A DNA stretch of 62,993 bases, filler included, from Reticulomyxa filosa (Eukaryota; Protista; Foraminifera): the NCBI GenBank assembly GCA_000512085.1. It is 9 parts of 9 records of this genome, joined end to end, with 100 filler letters (N's around TTAATTAATTAA, not from the genome) between each part and the next. Parts side by side here need not be neighbours in the genome. Positions count along the whole stretch, not along the records: positions 53,256 to 60,451 come from ASPP01020332.1; positions 60,552 to 61,551 come from ASPP01044589.1; positions 61,652 to 62,993 come from ASPP01044206.1; 6 more parts are not named here. One strand, given 5' to 3'. The notes below the pieces were generated by a model that saw nothing but the letters and a program-made list of their open reading frames with translations, searched no databases and was not told the origin of the DNA. Both the position numbers and the translations under genes were made by a program. This document shows positions 54,080-62,993 of this stretch, one piece after another; positions within the stretch are counted from its first letter, which is position 1; every line of letters starts with the position of its first letter.

Positions 54080-55237
54080 ATGCCACAGGTAGCGATTGTA
54101 ACCTCCTTTGTGTCTTTATTATTAGTATTGTGTTGTTCCATTGAACAAACAGTGGAAGTGAGGAGTGATGGCTCTCAATCAACGTCACGAACACTTTTGC
54201 AAAACCGCACGGGCTGGCAAGGAGACTATATGGATCTAACAAACATGCCTGACCTGCCAACATGGTGTATGGAATCGGAGCTTCCACAACAAAAAGTTGT
54301 GAACAGCAAAGTGTTTCCATTGGTATTGACTCCATCTTCATCAAATGTGCAAATGTCAGCTGAAGAGTTATTCGAAAAACTCGAGCATGACTATGCATCG
54401 TTATATTGGTACTTGGTAAAATATGGGAGCATATTTTTTCGAAATTTTCCGTTAAAGTCCGCGGCTAACTTTGATGAATTTGTGAAGCGATTTAAAAATT
54501 GGGAGCCATTGCCTTACATCGGTGGTGCCGCCGTGAGGAACAAAGTGCATGGCAACGTATACACAACAAATGAGTCTCCACCCGATGCCAAGATCCCTTT
54601 CCATCACGAAATGGCACAGACTCCAAATCATCCTTACTACTTGTTTTTTTATTGCCAACAACCCCCCACACAAGGAGGAGAGACTCCAATCTTGTCCAGT
54701 TATGAAGTATACGAACGTGCCAAGACAAGCATCCCTCAATTCATCGACAAACTGCAATCCACTGGAGTGCGATACGTACGTCATCTTCCCGACTCGGACG
54801 ACCATAGCAGTCCGATTGGAAGGAGTTGGAAATCGACCTTTTTGACCGACGACAAACATGAAGCGGAGCGTAAACATTTGCAATCGGGTGGGGAGTTTGA
54901 ATGGCTCCCTGATAATGTTATGAAGACTACCAGTGCTATCCTCCCAGCCATTCGATGGGACAACCGAACAGCTCACTTCACTTTTTTCAACTCCATCGTT
55001 GCGGCGTATACTGGATGGAATGACTCCCGCAACGTCGCTGAACGAGCTGTCATCTTTGGCGATGGCTCTCCTATCCTTCCGCAAGACATTCAGGTACTTG
55101 TTCAAATCATGAATGATTTGAGTGTTGCCATACCTTGGCAATTTGGTGATGTCATGCTCATTGACAACAAACAAGTCATGCATAGTCGTAAAGCCTTTAC
55201 ACCACCGAGAGACATCTATGCCGCTTTGTGCAAATAG
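54080..55237 (+). CDS. TauD/TfdA-family Fe(II)/2-oxoglutarate dioxygenase (clavaminate synthase-like), with N-terminal signal-like sequence; intronless
   Basis: GSIFFRNFP, YIGGAAVR, VYTTNESPP..IPFHHEMAQ (HxE), FFYC..PPTQGGETP, FFNSIVAAY and WQFGDVMLIDNKQVMHSRKAF. Confidence 0.92.
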   Translation: MPQVAIVTSFVSLLLVLCCSIEQTVEVRSDGSQSTSRTLLQNRTGWQGDYMDLTNMPDLPTWCMESELPQQKVVNSKVFPLVLTPSSSNVQMSAEELFEKLEHDYASLYWYLVKYGSIFFRNFPLKSAANFDEFVKRFKNWEPLPYIGGAAVRNKVHGNVYTTNESPPDAKIPFHHEMAQTPNHPYYLFFYCQQPPTQGGETPILSSYEVYERAKTSIPQFIDKLQSTGVRYVRHLPDSDDHSSPIGRSWKSTFLTDDKHEAERKHLQSGGEFEWLPDNVMKTTSAILPAIRWDNRTAHFTFFNSIVAAYTGWNDSRNVAERAVIFGDGSPILPQDIQVLVQIMNDLSVAIPWQFGDVMLIDNKQVMHSRKAFTPPRDIYAALCK

Positions 55238-55546
55238 CTCTTTTTTTTAAATTTTTGACATATTTGAAATTCTTTCGTTGCGGAGAAAACCTAATTATGA
55301 ATAATGAAAAATACTGTTTACTCAATAAAAACTACTTTTTTAACTCTTTCTCAACACACTCCCTTTTATTATTTAGCGCAACTTGGCATATCTTTTATTT
55401 TGTGCTCTAGAGCAGAATTGACAAGACAGAGCAAGTCAAATTTTAAATATTTCTTTTTTTATTTTTCGTGAAACAATTAACATTTTTTAACAATTTGGCA
55501 ATTAACTTGGAAAAAATAATTTTTTTGAAAACACTTGAAATTAGTT

Positions 55547-56900
55547 TTATGAAAAAGGAATAAAGTAATGAAGGCTACTTCCTTTCAATCCAAAATTATT
55601 TTGTGTTTCATTCAGATCAATACGCTCTTCGCTGTCACTCTCTTCGTGTTTGAGAATTATTTTATCAGTATTCATTTCGCAAAAAGAATTAACAGAAGAT
55701 TGACTAATTGGCACATTACAGTATGCACATTTGAGTTTAAATGCTTTCAAAGACTGTGCAAATTTATCTGTAAGTTCCATCCAACGCTTGATTTCTTGTT
55801 GTGAAATATTTTCAAGATCAGAAAAATTTTTGTTTTGCTTGTTTATGACATTTGACAGTCTTTTTCTTTCGCTTAATAAAAAGTCAATAAATTTGTCTTT
55901 GATTTCTGTCTTAAACAACAAACTATTGTAATTTGCAAGCATCTCTCTTCGAGCTTCAACCTCCTCTGGGAAATCAGAGACATCAACATCATAGCTTTTG
56001 GTTATAATTTTATTTGAAAGTATTGACACTGTTTGATGATAATGAGGGTAATTTTTTAGCAAATGGATCTATGTTATATTTAGTATTTTTTTAGGTTTGT
56101 TTCGTTGGTCCCTTTTTTCCCTTTTTTTGTTGAAGTAACCATTGCAAACGAATCTGAATCAGATTGCACTTGGTTTGCTGCTTGAACTAGGTTATGAATG
56201 TCCTTCAAAATTTGACGTAAGTTTTCTAAATTAGCATGCAAAATTGATAGTTTTTTATTTTCTTCGTCTTTTAATCTGCCCATAATTCCATCAAATTCTC
56301 GATGTGTTGTCAATTCAATTCGCAATCTATTAGCTTGGAGTTGATGAATCATTTGTGTAATTTTATTGATTTGATTTTCTACACACTCTTTTTGTGGAAT
56401 AATTGACGAATCAATCATTGTTTTTAATTCGTATCCATATTCTTGATACATTTGTTTTAAATTCTTGGAAATATGATTAACTCGTGAATGTCTCCCTTTT
56501 TCATAACAGATGTTACAAATACATTGTTGACATGAAAGACAATACATTGTCAATGCTTCATTTGGATGTTCATCACAATTTATTGTTGTAGTCGATGTAG
56601 TTTCTTCACTTTTTGTTTTATTTTTACTTTCTTTTTCTTCAACATTCTCTTTTTTTTTTTTATCGTTTTTATGTTTTTTGTCTTTTTCCTTTTTCCTTTT
56701 TTTTTTCTCCTTTGTCTTTTCCCATTTTTACGGCAAATAAAAAACTCAATATAATAATTCAAATTATTTATTTTCTTTCAATCATGAGATTTAAATCACG
56801 TAGCAGCAATCTTAAATATATCAAAGTTCAATACTACAAAGGTGAAGAAATAGAGTTTACTATAAAGTGGTTCCAAGGTTCTCTTGGATTTTGTCATAGC
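55547..56900 (-). CDS. B-box zinc finger / coiled-coil protein (5' structure uncertain)
   Basis: CDEHPNEALTMYCLSCQQCICNICYEKGRH..H B-box, then a coiled coil and a C-terminal CAYC...C...H motif. Confidence 0.7.
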
Positions 56901-57201
56901 TAGTAGTGCTTTGCACACAAATATGAATACAATTTTGAACGTATTCCATCAATTGTTATACAGTACACAGTTTGAAAATTAATTTTTATTTTTATGTTTA
57001 CTTAACACTGCTTCTGTTATTAAATTTTGTCATTGATCAATGTCAATTTGTTCAATGTAATAAAAAAGAGCTGCTGCCGTTCAAATAAAAGTTAAAAGCC
57101 TCTTGTGAGGATGAGATAAATTCAAATTTTTTTTAAACATCATTTAACTTGAAGTAAAGTCTTGAAGAAATTGGTGATCAATCATCGTTATAATAATCAG
57201 A

Positions 57202-58265
57202 ATGATGGATAATAGCGGTTATTTCGACCCAATTGTTGTTTCAAGTGACGAAGAAAAACTTACTTTGGAACAGCCGTTGCCGACTTTCAGCGAACTGCAA
57301 GAGATAAAAAATAAAAGAAAATTGGGAGATATGAGAGAGACAGACGTCGATAGCAACGATACTGACAGTGATAGTGACAACGACACACTCTCTCAATGGT
57401 TTGAGCCACCCAATAAAAAATTAAAACGTCTTCCGCTCCAACAAAGTACGTGCGTATATGTCAATCTATATATTTACACACATCACAATAAAACCATGCT
57501 TTCGTACCTACTTTCTGATTGATTATTATTGTTCTTATTCAACTTTCATGTTGTTGATTGGGTGTCAGTCTTTTTGAAAGACTGTTGTTTATATCCTTAC
57601 CTTTCTCTCATGTGCCACGTATATGTGCATAAAAACAGAGAATATCCAAGAGATAACAGCAGACCCGACAAAACAAAAAATAATGGCCGATGAGAGCAAA
57701 TTGAGGCAAAGATATTCCCTCGACCGAAAAGTTTTTTTACTTTTTCTTTGTTTTTGTGACCCTTAAAACAGCTGTCTTAAATGCTGAAATGGACACATAT
57801 GCTATAACCTGACCATCAACAATTAAAAAAAAAAAAAGCATTTGAAAACGTTGCAAGATCAAAAGCAAGAACTACTGTTTTGCGAAATAAACTATCTCAT
57901 TTCCTTTTTCTATAAATTGCTTTTTTAAATCCATGTATTTATTTATTTACTGAAAAGGAATCGATGTTCAAATTAAAAAAAAATAAAACAAACTTAAAAA
58001 AGTGAAAGAGTACAAGAACTTAAAAAAAGTAACCAAAAGCTATTGGCCAAGAAGAGCGAGTTGTTGCAACAAGTTTTGTATATGACTTTTTTTGAAACAA
58101 ACATCTTCCTGTAATAATATCAAACTATAGATTAATGAAAAAAGACAAGAAAAGTCATTGCTAGATATGCGACGCAAGATGAGTGGGGTCAAAGCGAACC
58201 GTGAACGTAGAGTCGCGTTGACGGAAGTATCTAGAGAGTATGTAATGGTTCGTTTGGGGCATTGA
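57202..58265 (+). CDS. Uncharacterised multi-exon basic/acidic protein, possibly disrupted
   Basis: ORF 57202-57522 plus downstream coding-like exons; frames were not fully resolved. Confidence 0.35.
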
Positions 58266-59855
58266 TTGTCTTGTTCTTTTTTATTTTTATTTTCTTATTT
58301 TAATCACAACAAATTTTGCATTGAACTATCCCATCTCTAATAACAACGAACAATCGCCAGTTTATTTTTTTAAGATAAAATTTTTTTTTTTGTATAAGAA
58401 GCTCTGCCTTTCAATAAACTAATTATAATCTATAAGATAAAAAAAAGGAAGCACGCGTTATCGAGACTTTTTCTTTGGAGTCAGTAAAAATTTTTTTGAG
58501 ATGGACTCAAAAATAATTCTGAGATAAGTATTTAATTACCAGTAAAAGATCTCACAATAATAATAAAGTAATTATTCTATGCATTGATGTCGGTAACTTG
58601 TTACAGATCTAAAAATGATATTCAGAGTCTGAATAACGCTGTCATTGAGACGAAAGTTATTTGATTTGGCTGGGACTGGGACAAGTTTAAGCGCTATAGT
58701 GGATTAAGTTCTATCAACAAACAACACTTTTTGTTGTTTCTTTGTCTTTGTGGATTATCTTTATTTAGTTCATTTTGTTGTCTAGTCGTTCAGTCTTCCA
58801 ATATGTTAAGAAGAACGTATTTTTTCCATAAAAGAAATTTGATCAAATCTTTTAAAAATATCTCAAATAATAGTTATTATTGTTTGTTTTGTTCAAACAT
58901 TAGCAAGATATTTAAGATTCGATTTTGTAAGTATTAATCAATAACTGCATAATGATCGTCAAATTTTTAATTTTTTTTTCAGGTTAGGTTTGTACACCTT
59001 ATCCAAAGGACATAATGCTCAAAAAACATATTAATTGGCCTAACGATTTACAACAAAGAGAAGTAGCTTTTGACATACGATATAATGATTTAATGTTATG
59101 TCATTCACTTTCCAGTTCTGCCTTAATGTCTTTAGTTTTTTCATTTAATCATATCACTTAATTACTACTTCATTCCTTTTATAATCATTGTCATAACTAT
59201 AACATGATCTATGTTTGTAAGCTATTAATGCATTTATATCTTTCGCAATTTCTGCATTTAGTTCCAAATGAAAATATTCTTGTTTATTTTTCATTCTTTT
59301 CTTTATTTTTGTTTTCTATTGAATTTGTTCAAAAGTTTTATGAAAGTATGCCTCTGCAAGAGCCCGTAACAGACGCAACACAAAAGGTGACAAGTTTTTT
59401 CTTTCTAATTTTCAACACACCTTCACTGTCAATAAAAATACCTCATTTAAGATCAATCACGTTCTTAATGCTGAAAAGAAAGCATTTTCAAAAATAATAT
59501 TTTTTTCAAAAAAGAAAAAGCACAACTATCCAGGCAATAAATAGAATAATGAACTTTATTTTTATTGCAACTATGTACCTTTGGAAGACCTTTCAAAACA
59601 GACACAAAAAGAATGGGATTAAAACAAAGAGAAAATCAAATACTTGCATTCCGCTCATTAAAAAATCACGCCGTTTTACAAATGATGGCCTCCACACACT
59701 TAAATGTTTGATAAAAAAACAAATCAAGAAAAACACACAAAAAGTACAAAGCAAAAAAAAAAGTAATAATAACAAAAAAGAAAATAATGTGAAAGTGATG
59801 GCAATAGCAACAAAAATAAAACTATTTCGAAAAGTCGTACAAAAAAAGGCATATG

Positions 59856-60355
59856 TTAAGACTGTTGTTCAGATTGTACATCAGAATCCAAATCTAGTTC
59901 TTCCTCAGGCAATAAAAAGGCACCAACGCTTCCAAAGTAACCTTCATGTTTCAGAAAGCAAGCTCGCATGTCACCTTTGCTCCAGTAGTGAATAGAGTAA
60001 GAGATCATGGCCATCGAGATATCATTTTGTCGTAAGAAATTTCCAGCAAAAAGAATGTTGGTGATATTGCAACGAATAGCATTTAAATAAGCCAATTGAG
60101 CCACATTCATGGCGATCATATCCAACAAAGAGCGTGCAATATCGGCCGGAAGGACTTCTTGTTGAGGATGTTGAATGCCCATCAATTTGCCAAAGCAAGA
60201 GGCAACAACGTCACCAGAAAGATTGAAAGCTTTATAATCACCTCCATAGATATCACTTACTGTCATATTAACCTTGTTAGGGTCACCTTTCGCTGCAAGG
60301 TCAAAGGCTTCTTCAAACGTTATATCATGGGAAATGGTCAACCGACACAAGCCCC
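59856..60355 (-). CDS. PANK: Type II (fumble) pantothenate kinase, last exon (5' partial)
   Basis: LAAKGDPNKVNMTVSDIYGGDY..LSGDVVASCFGK, DIARSLLDMIAMNVAQLAYLNA, FAGNFLR and YWSKGDMRACFLKHEGYFGSVGAFL. Confidence 0.93.
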
Positions 60356-60551
60356 TTCATATGTGTATTTTTACGTTATCATTAAAACTATATACAACAT
60401 ATGTGTATACATTTTGTATATATTGTATATACCGTACACTCTTTTTTTATTNNNNNNNNNNNNNNNNNNNNNNNNNNNNNNNNNNNNNNNNNNNNTTAAT
60501 TAATTAANNNNNNNNNNNNNNNNNNNNNNNNNNNNNNNNNNNNNNNNNNNN

Positions 60552-60806
60552 TGATAGTGCTTCGAAAAGTAAAGTTGATACACCGCTGCTTGCTTCGATA
60601 GACGTGTTGTAACACGATTGCTGCTCCAAACAACGAACTGTACAGCTGTAAGCTTTAGAATTACCGCCTACTGGACAATTGATCTTCTGGCCGACGCACG
60701 TGCTGTTGGTACAGTTCACCACACAATCCGCGTTTGGACAGTCAATCGCCTTTGTCCCGATAATGCTCAATATGACAAATGATAACAACAAACTCAAGGA
60801 GAACAT
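60552..60806 (-). CDS. Secreted cysteine-rich protein (3' partial)
   Basis: Signal peptide MFSLSLLLSFVILSIIGTKA followed by CPNADCVVNCTNSTCVGQKINCP..CTVRCLEQQSCYNTSI. Confidence 0.65.
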
Positions 60807-62993
60807 TACCAATATTTTTTTAGTTTTGTTCTAAAAAAAAGCACCGCAAAAATCTTACAAGTTTCTCACAAATAAGTTTACTTCACTGCCAACCTAAACT
60901 AAAAGTAACTTTTACTTATACATCGTAATAAAAACGAAAATTGATCACCTTTTTGAAATTTCTCTGTTTTTAGTTGTGTAGTGTCCGAAAATATCAAATA
61001 TTTTTTACGTGAATGTTATCTTGTGTTAAAGCGACATGTCCAATTACATTGTTTTGTTCATTTGATAAATCATAAGCTATATTTAGAAGCTTTAGCAATA
61101 ACTTTAAAACAAATAAATGAACTTGCATACTTTTCAGAATTGTAGTTTAATGAACAATAAACTTATGTTGAAACTCTTCATGAAGAAAATTCATCAGTAA
61201 AAACTAATGTATGACAGCTGAACAGCATAGTATGTTGAACATAAAGATAATACTTTGTGAGTTGATTTTCCATCGTTGCAAAGAATAACTAGTTATAATG
61301 TGTATACTACAGTAGAATGCAAAAGAAAGTTGACACATAAAATTACACATTGTATATATGATTGATTTTCTTCTGAAAAAATAACATTTAGACATAATTT
61401 TTTTTTGAAAATATCTACGAATAGTGTAATTTTTAAATATGATTTTGAATTTAGTTTTTTAATTGTTTCAAAAATTTAAATGTTTGCACAATAACATTGC
61501 AAGTTAATTTCTAGTTTAACTTCTACTGTTTCTGCTTTTTCAGGTTTTTAGNNNNNNNNNNNNNNNNNNNNNNNNNNNNNNNNNNNNNNNNNNNNTTAAT
61601 TAATTAANNNNNNNNNNNNNNNNNNNNNNNNNNNNNNNNNNNNNNNNNNNNTTTTTTTTTTGAGTTTTTTTGAACTGGGGAAGTTTTGTTGTGGCCAACT
61701 CTACGAAAATTACCATTTGAAAAAAAATTAATTTGAAAAGTTGTTTTTACTATTAAAATTAAAAAAGATGGCATATTCTAATTACTGAAATCGTATGAGA
61801 AAGTAGATAAAACATTTATTGTTAGACATGAGACTTTATTTGTAACTTTCACACAAAAACAAATATAACATATTTATTCTTATTCAAATAGTTTTGTTTT
61901 CTTATTTGATTGTTTCCTCAAAAAGGGGAAGACTTCAGGAATCTTCAATTCAAAGTTCACTTGCAAAAAAGGTGTAAAAGTAAATGAACTTGCTACTAGT
62001 ACAGCCTTTGAGTACTTTTCTTGCTCCATCATTTAAAAACTGAAAAAGGAAAAAGAAAAGCATATTCAAGAGTGTCTCATATGCAACTGACAACGTCAAA
62101 AAGGATTAAATTTTTTAGATTATGCCAAAATCAATTCAGGAATTTTGTTGTTGATATTTTTTGTCTTTTTTCTTTATGAGTGGTACTTTTGAAAGTATCC
62201 AAATTAATATTGATATTCCTTGTTGTAACATATTCCATGCAATAATTTTATTCTTTAAAAAACAAAGAGAGATATGCAATTCAAAGGATATTTGACGTCT
62301 TAACAAATTACAACAAGATGCAAATCACAGGTATGTAAAGTATGTAAAAGATAAAGAATATTTAGTATTTAAATCTTGAATAACAGAAAGTAATTGAAAC
62401 AAAAGGACATAAAAAAAATTCCAAATAAACAAAAAACTTGTGTAACACTTTTTTTGTGATAACTTCACCAAAGTGCAAACTCATAAAAAAAGAATATTAA
62501 TTGACTTTATTTATATCTAAAGAAAGAGATTGCTTTAATACACAACCAAAATTCTCTATGTGAAGGACAATGTTAGATGGATCTATGGAATGAAGTTATT
62601 ATAAAAATACAATCATTTGATCATGTAATACATTTTCATAAAATAATATTTGAAATAAATAAATTGGAAAATGGCGTGGACTTTTGTTAGAAAAGGATGA
62701 AATTGGAGTAGAAAAAATGGCTACTTGCAAACAATTTCTAAATTGGATATTAATTCATCCTTCTGTTTTTGATTTGAAAAATTGGAAGAAAAAAAAAGAG
62801 TTGATTAAATCAACATATAATAAAAGGTGATTGCATTAAGTAATAATCCATTGATTTTCCAAATAGTTGAACACTCAAATACGTATCAAAAAAAACAGAT
62901 GAGATATACAAAAAACCAAGGAATATTTGAATATGTACGATAAAATATATCATTCCTTTTTCAGAATCTACAGCAAATTGAAAATTCTCTTCA

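Noticed and set aside
54452-55183. 243-aa antisense ORF overlapping the dioxygenase
   Set aside because: No motifs; shadow of a relatively GC-rich coding strand.
61652-62993. Coding-like patches in the last contig
   Set aside because: No ORF or recognisable motif; cannot be assigned.

Overview
AT-rich, intron-rich eukaryotic (protist) genomic DNA, not prokaryotic. The window is nine contigs joined by eight identical artificial 100-nt linkers (N44-TTAATTAATTAA-N44, stops in all six frames). Composition, intron style and the decayed multicopy families resemble a foraminiferan such as Reticulomyxa filosa; this is inference, not verified. Contig 1 (1-25048) consists almost entirely of decayed, intron-retaining gene copies: NBP35, RPN2, a probable NAA25/MDM20, and possible cactin, MRH-domain, RING and caspase-like remnants. 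The other contigs carry mostly intact spliced genes: a PPAT(CoaD)-HD phosphohydrolase fusion, STEEP1/CXorf56, a single-pass receptor-like protein, RIOX1/NO66, an XK-like TM + WD40 fusion, a U-box fragment, a zf-4CXXC_R1 protein, a Tctex-1 dynein light chain, cathepsin Z, WDR7, a signal-peptide-bearing TauD/CSL dioxygenase, a B-box protein, a type II pantothenate kinase and a Cys-rich secreted protein. The best candidate for undescribed biology is the PPAT-HD fusion. No tRNA, rRNA, CRISPR or intact mobile element was recognised. All homology calls are by eye from motifs, and exon boundaries are manual estimates.
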